NCBI GenBank assembly: GCA_002245135.1
Contig: NGBS01001169.1
Location: forward strand, 62,001 to 126,000
Direction: 5' to 3'
Length of the DNA: 64,000 nucleotides
Source of the DNA: Proteromonas lacertae
Lineage: Eukaryota
Under the pieces are notes generated by a model. That model was not told the origin of the DNA. It saw only the letters and a program-made list of their open reading frames with translations, and made no database searches. Positions 25,386-38,653 of the stretch are shown here, piece after piece. A program made the translations under genes and the position numbers. Position 1 is the first letter of the stretch; every line of letters starts with the position of its first letter.

Positions 25386-26199
25386 CTAATCTTCTTCTAC
25401 ATATGCTTCATCATAAAATTCATTATCTATAAATTCATCTTCACTCATCTCGTTTTCTATCCGTAAAGCATTGTCAATATATTTGCTACAGAAATAAATA
25501 AATATATTATAGAAATATATACTTCTTTGAAATACATGAGAACATCACTATCTTCTTTTGGCTTTCACTATAAAAGAAATAATTAAAAGACCATAAAAAG
25601 TTGGTTGAAAATGGATCTGACTCATAATCAGGAATGTAACTGAATGCAACACAATCTTTCATATTTACTTCTTTGAATAAGGTTGTCCACATATTCTCAA
25701 TAAATCTGCCATTGAAATCATCACTACTCACTTCAGCTAATCTACTATTTACATCAGACATCACAACATATATATTTTCTAACCTTACAAAGTTCTCTGG
25801 CTTTATATTACTGTTCATAATAACATAAGTAAGTTATATACCTAAAATCATAATCTGGTAATGACACATTCATTGTAGATATTAGATTAACTAACAAATG
25901 TTGAGTCTTTTTGTCTCCTACATTTCCCAGTATATTATTAAGAAAATATAGAATTTATTTATAACAAAAATGATATGTGGGACATACACAACATCGGATC
26001 TGGTGATTGAGCTAACTCTTCGCAGTCTTTCTCTATCTTATTAATAAGCTCTTTCTCTGGAACAGGTTTTTTACCTATTTAATATTATACATCAAATACA
26101 AGAAAAAGATTCTATGTGTACGTCCAAAAGAGTGTCACCCACTTCCTTTGGAAAATTAGATTGTAGTTGAGATAGGTCTTTACTTTCAATTAGCTTCAT
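25386..26199 (-). CDS. MAF1: RNA polymerase III repressor MAF1 (3 U2 introns plus 1 U12 intron; one base apparently missing)
   Basis: MKLIE..IESFSCK, LISTMNVSLPDYDFS, FSYIPDYESDP, LWSFNYFFY and an acidic tail. Confidence 0.9.
25930..25976 (-). other. U12-type AT-AC intron (47 nt) in MAF1
   Basis: 5' ATATCATTT, branch site TTTTCTTAAT, 3' ATAC. No GT-AG option I tried restores the frame; it needs one extra C in the preceding CCC to give MSPLGN. Confidence 0.7.
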
Positions 26200-26715
26200 T
26201 GTTTATAAAAAAGGATTTAAGCTCTAAAAACAAAAACTGGAGTTACACGATTTAGAATTTTTGATTGGCTGATTTGAAAATTCATTTTTGAATCTATCTC
26301 CTCTATTAATGAATATATGCACATAATATTAGTTATTTGCATTGTACATGTTCTTTTACACCCTCAACTTTAGTAAATAATTCGAATAACTAAAATTGAG
26401 GATTATTTTTATGTGTTTTATAAAATGCAATAATTTTTGCATTTTTGATATGAATGAACTAAAATATAATATCTGATGAATTATTGTTTGATAGTTGACT
26501 AGATAGTCTTAATAGTAGTGTTATATCATCAGACTTATCTGATTGTCTAGCCATCCATAATAACTACCTTTCTGTCAAGTCAATTGATAATTATCATCAC
26601 ATTAGAACATGAAGTTCGATAAAAGCTTGAATATCAGTTTGAATTTATAAAGTATAATTTCACATTATAAAACCATCTAATCTTTTTTAATAAATGCATT
26701 TTTACAATTTCTTAG

Positions 26716-27288
26716 ATGAGCACAAGATCAGCATCCAAAAAGGCTGGAAAAGAAAAGAAGTATGAAAGACCAGGTTTGACTGAAGAAGAAATTGAAGAAA
26801 TTAGAGAAGCTTTTAATTTATTTGATACTGATGGATCAGGTATTTTTGTATTAATAATGGGTATTTAGGAACTATTGATCCAAAAGAGTTAAAAGCCGCA
26901 ATGCAATCACTAGGATTCGAAGCTAAGAATGCCACTATTTATCAGATGATTGGAGATATTGATAAGGATGGATCAGGTGAAATAGATTTTGACGAATTCC
27001 TTGATATGATGACTGCTAAGATGGTATTTACATTACTTAATTGATTTATTCATTATATAGAGTGATAAAGATACAAAAGAAGATATTAGAAAAGTCTTTA
27101 ATCTGTTTGATGATGATATGTCAGGTAATATCTCACTTAATAACTTGAGAAGAGTTGCCAAAGAGTTAGGTGAGAATATGACAGATGCAGAACTCATGGA
27201 GATGATTGAAAGAGCAGATACAAACGATGATGGTGAAATCGATTTTGATGACTTCTATACTATAATGACAAAGAAAACTTTTTCATAA
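26716..27288 (+). CDS. CETN: Centrin, four EF-hands (2 introns; missed by the ORF track)
   Basis: [43 protein letters not shown]...[14 protein letters not shown]...TKKTFS*. Confidence 0.95.
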
Positions 27289-27370
27289 GTAATAGTTATA
27301 ATAACTTCTTTTCTTTTTTTATTATATGTGATTTTCTTTATGTAATAAAATTTATGTAAAAACTATAAAA

Positions 27371-29122
27371 ATGACTGGCTTTATTCTTCACTCAAATGTT
27401 CCAGCTAAAGGGTATATATAAAGTATACTTATGCTTATAGAATTATACTGGATATGTCCCTAAAGAATTTAGGTGATGTAAAAGTAGAATGTGATAAGAA
27501 GAGTTATAACTTGCCATATAATATATTACACAACGAAATGCGATACTTTGATTCATTTAAAGATGAATTTAATGCCGGGCAGACTATTTATATTTCAAAT
27601 TTGATAGATAGTCGAACATTCGAAACAATGTTGCAATATCATGGGTTTGGGCCTATATCAATCGATGATAGCAATATTATTCAACTGCTAAAAGGCTGTA
27701 TTTTTTTTGGTGATAAAACGGTGTTAAATAAATGTATTGTGTATATACATTCTCAAATTTCTGTTGAAAAATTGGATGAATTAATTGAAAATATAATAGA
27801 TTATGTAAAATTAAACATAATTATTCAAACATGTAACTTGTATTGTAAAGAAAACATAAAACACTTGTTAGATGATGGTATAATATAAATATTATCTATT
27901 ACATTGTAGATCACATTCACAAATTATCAAAAAAGAGTTTAAGATATATTCTATGTTTGAATGATTTAAAGATAGAAGATGAGACATATTTAGCTAATCA
28001 AGTGTTAAAATACTACAATGCTAATAGTCATTACCACAGAATTGAACTAGATGAATGGTTTGAAAGTGTTAAAACCAAAATAAATTGGGGTGAATGTAAT
28101 GAAGAACAACTTATATCATCAAATGCAAGAAATCTTTTAACTGTGCAAGATAAGCGAAACATTATCAACAAAAGAGATAAATCAGAGAAAAAAGAAATCA
28201 TTATAAAAACAAAACAAGTAATTATGAATGGAATTTTTAAAAGTTATGATAGTAATGATAGAAATATTGAATTTATAGTAAATAACAAAAGTTTTTATGT
28301 AATTGAAAATGTTATTAAATATAGGAATTCTTTTCTTTATAGCTTTATAGAAGCAAATATGAATAACATTCAAAATAATAAAATAATTGTTAATCTGCCT
28401 GTTTGTCAAAATAATGATAAAGGATTTGAACAGTTAATGATATTATATGGATATGGTTCTATTAAAGTTGATACTTCAAATATTTTGAATTTAATGTGTG
28501 CATGTATTGAATTAAAAGATAATTCATTCAACAAATCATTTGCTGAATATTTTAATAAGAAAATAAATATTGAATTATTAAATCTATATTTATTAGATCA
28601 CAACAAATATAGAAACTACTATAAAGAAGTTGAAGAGATTATTAAAAAATATGCTTATAAAAATGTGATAGATATAACAAGAAATGCTGTTTTATCTCCT
28701 GAATCTATGAAGGAGTTATTATCATTTACATTATTGTATGTTCCACAAGAACAGCAGTTAGCAAATAACATTGTTGCATATATTAATTTCTATAACAGAA
28801 ATGGAAAAAGTATTATTTTGTTATTTATATTCTGATAATAGTTAATGATGATAATTATCATTTCTTCTATGAAATTCTAGAACTAATCAATTGGAAAGAT
28901 GTTCAAATATTACAATTAGATCATTGCCCCTTTTTAAGAGAAGTAGATTTAACTAATCTTCATTATAATGAAGATATTATTCATGTTAGAAATAACAGTG
29001 AGTATGAAATCGAAAAGAAAACATATAAAATAACTATATTAAAAGAAAAAATAAAGAAAGTGTTAGTAAGATATGCTATTCCATACGGTGCTGCATTTAT
29101 TATTTATTCAGTAGTAGTGTAA
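27371..29122 (+). CDS. Tandem BTB/POZ(-BACK)-like protein with a C-terminal hydrophobic tail (3 introns)
   Basis: Two related modules (DVKVEC..YFD..FETMLQYHGFGPISIDDSNI and NIEFIVNNKSF..FEQLMILYGYGSIKVDTSNI); ends RYAIPYGAAFIIYSVVV*. Confidence 0.65.
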
Positions 29123-29218
29123 TTGATGAAATTATGACATTATCTCTTTTCATTTGTTTATTTTACCCATACAAATAATATAAAATATTTATTAAACATG
29201 TAAAAATTCAATCACTAT

Positions 29219-32200
29219 CTATTTGCGAATTCTAAACAAATCATGTAAATCTTTGAAATCAACTGATTTAAAATTAGTTAAGGTTGATTTTGATATGATT
29301 CTATCTTCTGCCTTTTTACTATTTATAAATAATAACAATATATAATCTATACGGATTTTGATCTGAATCTTTAGCTCCATTATCTAGTAAATATCTTAGC
29401 ATATTCTTATATCTATTATTCATCTCTTTTAAAGGCCTTTTGTGGTTTGCTTTTTCCTGTTTTTCTCGAGCAGATAAAACTACATTATTACGAATTGGTT
29501 TTCCTTTTGCATCTTTTTCTTTAGCAAAATTCTATTAATAAAACAATAAATAATGTCATTTATTAATACATGATCATTTCTTTCAATGCCATAATCAGAT
29601 ATTGTATAGGAATCCCACACACCATATTTATCAGGTTTTACAATTTGAATAAAATTATAATAAGCTCCTTCTACTAATAGATCTAATGTTGAGTAATGTT
29701 TTGTTGGTGTCGTATCATTCATACAAGGAAACATATGAAATTGAGTGTTATTAACAGAAGGCGGGTTTATATCTAAATATTTCATCAATAATGGGAAATT
29801 ACCATCATAAGCAGCAGTCCAGATATTTCCTAGATATATTTCATTTGCTTTAACTGCTAATAAATCTTTTGGATATCTTCCTTTAACATCTTTTTGATTT
29901 GACATTCTTTTCTTATAGTTTAATCTTTCACTATCATATCTTTCAATAACTATACACACACTCCTATTATAAAATAAACATTATTATAATTAATACCATT
30001 GTGAATGAAATGCTGCTGTATGTAATATATTCCATCCTTGATTATTCACTGTATCTAAATCATAACCATGATCAATAAACCATTTAACTGTATCATATCT
30101 TCCTCTTTTAGCTGCTAAATGAACAGCTGTATTTCCATCTAAATCTTTTGTTCTTATTAGTTTGTTTAGATTTGACATTATTGTTTTATCATGTTCAATC
30201 ACATCAAATGCTTTATCTTTTGTAGATTCATTGATTAATTTTCCAATTCTATAATAACATGATAATGATACTATAGTATTATACACTGGATTGCATATTT
30301 CATGTAATACACCTCTTCCATTATTTGTTGTAGTGAATATATCACTGTTATTTTCACTCAATATACTTAAATATTTATTATCCCCAATTGAAGCGGCATG
30401 AAGATAAGCTGTTGAACCATTTAAATCTTTACACTATCAATAAAATTATAACAACAATATTAAATACATTTATGTTATAATCATAGGGTAATAAAGTCTC
30501 AAATACTTTATCAGTAAATACAGGAGCTGTTCTATTTAGACGATTATTCAATGTTGTATTGTTCTTATTTATAGTTTGAGTTTGATATTGCTTTGCTAAT
30601 TTTTTATTTGTAGTTTGTTGTAGATGTAATCCTTGTTTACTGTCAATAGATATCATTACTGGAGTCTATAAAAGAATCAATAACCAAAAATAATATACTC
30701 GAAGATCATATGGAGTTGTATAATCAATATTAACACCAGTTCTTATTAAAGTATCTAATACAACAGGTACTTCTTCATTTTTTACTATATTCTGTTTGGA
30801 TATATCAACAATATCTTGGAAGGGCATTAATAGCTTCTTTATTGTTGGATTTTTGGCACTTTGAATTGGAGAAAAATTATTATTGTTCATTATACTTATG
30901 TCTGCTCCTTCTCTATACAAAACAATTACATAAGTGAATGAATATATATATATATACTTTAATAGTCTCTTAATTGCTGACTGTGTTTCGCATAATGCTG
31001 CATAATGTAAAGCTGTATTTCCCTATTTAAAACAACATAAAAATGAGAATAATAATACTAATGAATCTTGCATGTTGATTATTTCTCTTTTTCTATTCAA
31101 TATATCATTATAACTTATTTCACCTTCTTCGCATTTACCACAAGATATATTATAATCAAAACTATACAATTATAATAATTATCAGTTATATACTCTCGAT
31201 TGATTGGCTGACCACAAAACATACAATACTTTACATAATTACCTTCAATAATATTTCTAAATGTAAATTTATTACTATCCAAATATATAGGTGAATTCAT
31301 TATTTCATCTAATAACAATATTCCATTAGCATTGTTTAATAACTCATTTAATATATCTCCACTGTTAATTGCTGCATAATGAATCGGAGTGCAACCATGT
31401 CTATTATCACTCTCTAATAATGTGTAATAGAATCTTTCAATTTGTAAATAATATTTTCTGATAATACAATGCTCTATATACTCTCTTTCTCTTTTTAAAG
31501 TAAATAATACCTATTTATTGACATAAAGCAAAATATTATACATCTTTACATTTTCTTTTCATATATACTTTCTGATAGTTTCTCAATTCCTATTACAAAC
31601 AATTGTATTTAGTTTTATATATATATATATAAATACTGCTCTAATGTTATCACAAAAGAAATTCATTATATAATTCAATAATAATTTACTAAACGTCATA
31701 TTTGGTCTTGCTGCTGCATAATGTAGCGCAATACATCCATCTTGATCTTTTTCTCCATATCTAATTAATAAATCCATTGGATCTATCTTATTAAGCAAAA
31801 ATAATATATCATCCTTTGTTCCTACCATCACTACTTGGTGTAAACTCTCTGGATTCGGAGCAATTAAGTAAGTGAAGTGAATGGATGGTACTTTTGTTAA
31901 ACGATCTCTGTATAGAAATGTATTTTTAGATGTTTTTGTCTAATCACAATATTCATGATAAATATACAAGAGATTTTCTTGAGAATGTCAATTCATCATC
32001 TTTTAAAGTAGTACTACGATTTTTCTAAAGAATTTAATACAAAATGTAATTTAATAATACTAAATTGTTGTATGTAAGATCCTATTATAAAAATAAAATA
32101 AATGTAAAATACATTATCATCAGTTTTCTCATCATATTGTGTTTCTCCATACTCTGGAACAATAGTCTAACAATAAACTATTTATCATATACAGATATGG

Positions 32201-32255
32201 TTCTATTTTGATCAACAGGTTCACTCTGTTTTACTTCTTCTTTGGTTTCTTCCAT
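29219..32255 (-). CDS. Ankyrin-repeat protein (~13 introns) with a CxxC..CxxC insert
   Basis: DQDGCIALHYAA, HGCTPIHYAA, GNTALHYAA, DGNTAVHLAAKRG, GWNILHTAA. Confidence 0.85.
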
Positions 32256-32372
32256 TTCTATATGAATATGCTATAAGATCATATATACTATAAAACTATT
32301 CTGTTCTTTGTTTAAGAGAAAAACGATTTATTAAATAGTAACAGCTAGTTTTTCAAACATAGGCTTGTACAG

Positions 32373-33427
32373 ATGATTTATGTATTGGGAATAGAAGGAA
32401 GTGCCAATAAGGTATTAATAACAATTATAATATTATAACATAGTTAGGGATAGGTATAATCAAAACAGATGGAGAAACAACAGAAATATTAGCTAATATC
32501 AGAAAGACTTTTGTAGCTCCAGATGGTGAAGGATTTATGCCTAGAGAAACTGCTCTACATCATCAAAAGCATATAGTATATTTAGTAAAATTAGCATTTC
32601 AACAAACAAAATTGACTAAGGACGATATAGATTGTATTTGTTATACAAAAGGTCCAGGAATGGGTGGTCCTCTGAATTCTTGTGCTATTTGTGCTAGAAT
32701 GTTATCTTTAATGTGGAATAAGCCAATAGTAGGTGTTAATCATTGTGTAGGTCATATTGAAATGGGAAGAACAGTTACAGGTGCAAAAAATCCTGTCGTA
32801 TTATATGTTAGTGGAGGTAATACACAAATAATTTCATATTCTCAACAGAAATACAGAATATTTGGTGAAACTATCGATATAGCTGTAGGAAACTTACTAG
32901 ATCGTTTTGCAAGAAAAGCTGGACTAAGTAACTTTCCTAGTCCAGGATATGTAATTGAACAACATGCTTTAAATGGCAAAAAATTCTTAAATTCAATTCC
33001 ATATTCTGTAAAAGGAATGGATGTGTCTTTTTCTGGTATTGCAACATATATGGAAATGATTTTAAATGATAAAAAGACAATGGCTGAATATACTGTTGAT
33101 GATTTATGTTATTCACTACAAGAAACAATTTTTTCGATGCTAATAGAAATAACAGAAAGAGCAATTGCACATTGTGGAAATGATATGGTTTTAATAGTTG
33201 GAGGTGTTGGTTGCAATAAAAGATTACAAGATATGATGAAAATAATGGCTGAAGAAAGAGGTGCTCAATTATGTGCAATGGACCAGAGGTTTTGTATTGA
33301 TAATGGGTGTATGATATCAGAAGCTGGTGCTAAAGCTTTTTTGAAAGGAATTAAGACTCCATTTGAAGAAACTACATGTACTCAAAGATTTCGAACAGAT
33401 GAAGTTGATGTTGTATGGAGGGAATAA
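32373..33427 (+). CDS. OSGEP: tRNA t6A threonylcarbamoyltransferase KAE1/OSGEP (1 intron)
   Basis: [52 protein letters not shown]. Confidence 0.97.
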
Positions 33428-33521
33428 GTTATTATGTTGTTAATTCTTGTGTTTTTGAGGGTTTAAATTTGAAATTTTTCAAACTGTCATTTTGAATAAA
33501 TTCAAAAAATAATTAAAAAAT

Positions 33522-36500
33522 ATGAATGACAAAGAGAATTATAAAGATGAAAACACTACCGAAGAGTTAAAAAGCAGATTCAGCTCCATATTTGAAAGTA
33601 TATTAATCACAGTTACAATTATAGAGGGATCTTCGCTGGAGAATAGAAGAAAAACAGCTGATCCAAACAAAATGAAAGTATTTAATGCAAAATATATTAT
33701 ATAGGCTTTATTAAACAGTAGAAAATCAACTGGAATAAGCATATACACAGTATGACCTTATTTAAATAATTTAAATAGAACACTAGAAGACTTACATCAA
33801 GTGATGACATTATTAGTAAATTTGTGAAAGATGATGTAGAAAATGATGAATTACAGGTATTTATATCAATTACTATAAAAATAGGAATTGACAAACGAAA
33901 TTAAAGTAGATTCGCCTATTATAAGATCAGCAAAAGCAAGAAATTCCTTAGATTACCAACCAAATAAGAAAAGAATAAGAATATCTGAATCAGCTACATC
34001 TCCAAAACATCCAATTGAAACACTTGACAAAATTAACTCAGTGCTAGAAAAGCCAGATGAAAATACCGAGGAGTATCGAGAATTAAAGCAAAGACTTACG
34101 CCTCCATTACCAGATAGTAGTGAAAAGATGTCAAGATCAAGAAGGTCAACTGTATCACCAACATTGTTAAAGGAAACTATTAATGACTTAACAGAGATTA
34201 ATAATGAGGAAGAAGATGATAAGATTATACTACCAGACGAGAAAGTCAATAATAGTAAAGGCAGTAATAATAATAGAAGAAGTACAATCGATTCAGAGAA
34301 TCTGAATGAAGTTAATGAATTATTGAATGGAGTTAATGATATATTAGATGAGTCAATCACTAACAATTATATCAATGATAATGAAAGTAATAAAAGTCGA
34401 CGAAATACAGCTGATCCTTCAATGATAATGACTATATGCGAGGAATTAAATCAGTCTGATACTTCAATAATTTCTACTACAACTACCACTGACTTAATGA
34501 AGATAATTAAAGATAAAGAAAAATTATTGGAAGAAGAAGAAGAAGATAAAGAAGCCAAAAATAGACGAAATACTGTTGATCCTAATGAAATGAAATCAGT
34601 AATTGATAATATGTTAGATAAATCATCAGCCTCAATAGAACCATCTTCAACCAAGAAACGACGAGGAAGACCACGAAAATCCTCCACACCTAAGAAAGCT
34701 ACAACTAAAGAATCAATAATCGAAGAAGAAGATAAAGAAACAGATAAAAATAATCGAAGAAATACAGTTGATCCAAATGAAATGAAATATCTAGTTGATA
34801 ATATCTTAGACAATTCAACAACTTCTATATCAGAAGAAACACCATCAAAAAGAGGAAAAAGAGGCAGACCACGTAAAACACCAACACCAAAAGCAAAACC
34901 TAATGATAATAATGAATTATCTATTGATAATAGTAATACAACTACACCTATTAATAATAATAGAAAGAGTATAATCCCATTGCGATCATCCATATTAACA
35001 CCAACACCAACTAAAGATACATCATCCAATACACGAAGAAATACAGCAGATCCAGAGGAAATTAATAGATTAATAAATAATAATGATGATAGTATAATTG
35101 CTGATAAAACATTAAATACAATATTAGAAGAAACAGATGATGAAGAAAATACTCCATCAATAATGAAGAGATGTGAGAATAATAGTGACAATGGTAATAA
35201 TAATAATAGAAGAAGTACAATTGATTACGATAAGATGAATGAAATTAATGAATTATTGAATAATAATGATATAGTGAATGAATCAATCTCTATACCGGAA
35301 TCAAAACCTAATGATAATGATAATAATGATAATACAGCAAATGTTGACGAAATATTGACAATATTTAATGAAATAGAGGAACAAGAACAATCATTAACAC
35401 CATCTCCACCAATAAACAACAACAAAGATAAAACAACTACTCCACAATCATCTGAATCATTCAATATACCATCTAATAATAATAGTAAAGAGAATGAAGT
35501 AATATCAGTAGAAAAGAGAAAAGAGTTAGTTAAAACTAGTGTTATTAAACATCAAGAATCTGCATCACCTGATATAGTAAAGAGTCTTACCTATGATGAT
35601 GATGATGAAGATGATGATGATGAAGTAGAAAATAATAATAATAATAATAAAACAAATACAATAGAACTATCTCCCAAAACAAGTGTATTCAATCCAGGTA
35701 GAGAATTAAGAAAATATAAAGAAATGCCAGTATATATATATAATATAATATATAATATTGATAGACACCTTCAAAGAGTTGTTTAAGTGAAAAGAAAATT
35801 CAAAAACCATTCAGAGTTATGTTTACTGAACCTGATGTAGCAGTATTTGAGAAAACACAACCGCCCAATAATATGACTCCATTACGTATATATATATATA
35901 TAATAACAATTATTATTATTATTATTATAGCTAAAGGTGAGAGTAAGAGTTTATATCCAATTATATCTGATTCATCCTCATCCTCAGTTAGTGAAAGTCA
36001 AGTAGCTGAAGATGAAATCACTGCACAGAATAGCCAGATATTAGATAAACTATCAGAATCAGATTCATTTGATGATAAGAAATGGGATAATATAATCAAT
36101 AAGAATCCAAGAGCATCAATGAAGTTGAGAAGACTGAATAACTTTGAACCATCATCATCATCTGATAGTAGTAATGATTCAATGGATATTAATAATATCA
36201 GTAATTCAGAGACAATAGTATTACCATCTGTAGATCATACTGTTCCAATATCAGAGACTATTAAACAAATGAAAAATATGAATAGTGAAGGTAATAATAA
36301 TAAAGATGATTCAATGAATGTGAATGATGAGAGTATAAATACAGATACAATGGTATTACCAACAGTTGATAAGACTGTACCAATTCCTACATTGAACAAA
36401 CTACAACAATCAGTTACAATTAATAATAATAATAAAGTTGATTCAATGTCGTGTAGTGCAGATATATCTGATATGAGTCAATCAGCTACTACTACAATGG

Positions 36501-38511
36501 TATTACCAATAACAGATCATACAGTACCATTGAATCAATTATCTAAACTATCAACCCAAATACAACAACAACAACAACAACAACAACCATCTATATTATC
36601 ATCACAATCATTTGATAATAGCAATGATGATAATACTGAATGTATTACAATGACACTACCAGTAACTGATAAAACAGTACCATTAAAGACATTCCATGAG
36701 TTTGCATCATATAATAATAATACAATCACTAACAATAATGTATTGTTTACATTCAATAAACCTCAAACCATCATTCAAACCCCAGCTACTAATACTAACA
36801 CCACCACCACTAACTTTACTATCAATACTATATCTCCAATAGTACCAAATACAGAGAATAGAATATCGCCTGCTATGGATATATTAGCTGATACATTTGA
36901 TGATAATTCAAGTACAATTAACACCACTAAGAATATATTACCAAATAATAATAATAATGAAAAGATAATAGAAGAAGAAAGTCCAATAAAGCCATTAAAT
37001 GTAAGAGAATCAATAATCCAATCAAATCTAATAAAGAAGAATGGCTTAATATGTTTAGAGAGTGACAATATTAATAATGAAGATAGAGAGGTTAATAAGT
37101 TTACAAATGATATGGATAATTTTGTAGATGCATTGCTACAGACTAAAGATATCAATAAAATACCAAAATCAGATAATAATTCATTGAAAAGAAAAGCAGA
37201 TGTATTATTACAATCTAATAATAATAATAATAATAACACAACTACTTTATTACCAACATTACAACAACAACAACAACAACCAACTGTAGCTGTAGTAGAT
37301 GAGAATGAAGAACAATTGCATGTAATAAAGAAGAAGAAACTATCAGTAGTGCCTGAGAATATTAATAATATAAAACCAATAACAATAACTACAATACCAC
37401 CATTAAGTAATATCAAGAAGAGATTATCCATATATAATAATAATAATAATAATAATTCAACAATGATGAATAAAGATATAGTTGCAAATACAACTACTGC
37501 TCCAGCTAGTGTAGTTAGTATAATACCAGAGTTACCAATTACAGACTATTCATATTTAAATGTATCATCATCAACATCATCATCTTCATCATCATCATTA
37601 CAGAAAAATAATAAATCCAATAGAAATAGTGATAGTTTACCATCAGTTGATACTATTACTCCAACTACAACATTATCACCAATAGATCAGAGTTACCATA
37701 GTAGAAGAGAGATAATAAATGCATCATCTAATATGGAAATAGAAGAGAATAATGATGATAATGATAATCAACCAATATCTAGTGATTTATCATTCCATAG
37801 TGATGGAAGTCAATATAATTCAGTTATTAAGATAATAGAAGAAATACCACCACCACAGCAACAATCACAACAACAACAACCGTCTTCAATATCATCATCT
37901 TCTTCTTCTTCTTCACCAGTAATATCATCTAATGAGATAATCAATAATAATAATAATGACAAATCATTATCAATATTGCACAATGAAAGTGTAATATCAT
38001 CAATACCATATAGAACATCATCATCATCTTCAACAACAATAGGTAATCAATCATTTGAGGTATGTGAACATGAAAGTGATAATCAATCGATGAATATGCC
38101 TTCAATTAGTATTAAGATTAGTCCATTAGAAATTACTCTTGCTAAATACGCTAAGTGATTGGGTAAATCAAAGTCTAAGTAGTGATAGCATAGATTTAAT
38201 ATACTATTATCAAATACCTGATTACCTTTACAACATTGGCCACAATAAACAGTTAAATCACTATGTGGAGATGGTCATTAATAATATAAACGAAGAAAAT
38301 GTTTATGAGAGTGAAGTGGAAATGACAGTTTATGTCTATCCAAAGCATGGATGGTATTACGATATTAACCACCAACATGGAGTTTATGATATATCTTCCT
38401 AAGATAAAAACCTTACAAGATTTCTTGGATAATGTCGATGAACTTAATAAGAGTATTCATACGTGTGAAGATATATTGAATATTAAAATAAAGGAGACAT
38501 TTAATTGTTAA
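33522..38511 (+). CDS. Giant low-complexity protein with RRxT repeats, two AT-hooks, an RVxF PP1-docking motif and TxxLPxxDxTVP repeats (KNL1- or Ki-67/RepoMan-like); two +1 breaks near the 3' end
   Basis: Six introns join the ORFs; N-terminal KEN, RGRPRK twice, KSCL..RVMFTEPDVAVFEKTQPPNNMTPLPKGE. Confidence 0.6.
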
Positions 38512-38653
38512 ACTTTTGTAATTTACTTATTTTAATGATTTTTTGTCTTTTTTAATCAAAATAGAATTTCAAATCATTACTCAAACTCAATGACTATGAT
38601 AGGTCAAAATTACATCCGAAAACCTTGCACCGATTTTCATCATTTTGTTGAAA

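Noticed and set aside
26472..26542. Possible C/D snoRNA (TGATGA..CTGA, short match to 18S AAGUCUGGUG) or 8-bp inverted repeat in the MAF1/centrin spacer
   Set aside because: No convincing terminal stem or C'/D' boxes, and the guide is only 10 nt with a G-U pair; needs snoscan or small-RNA data.
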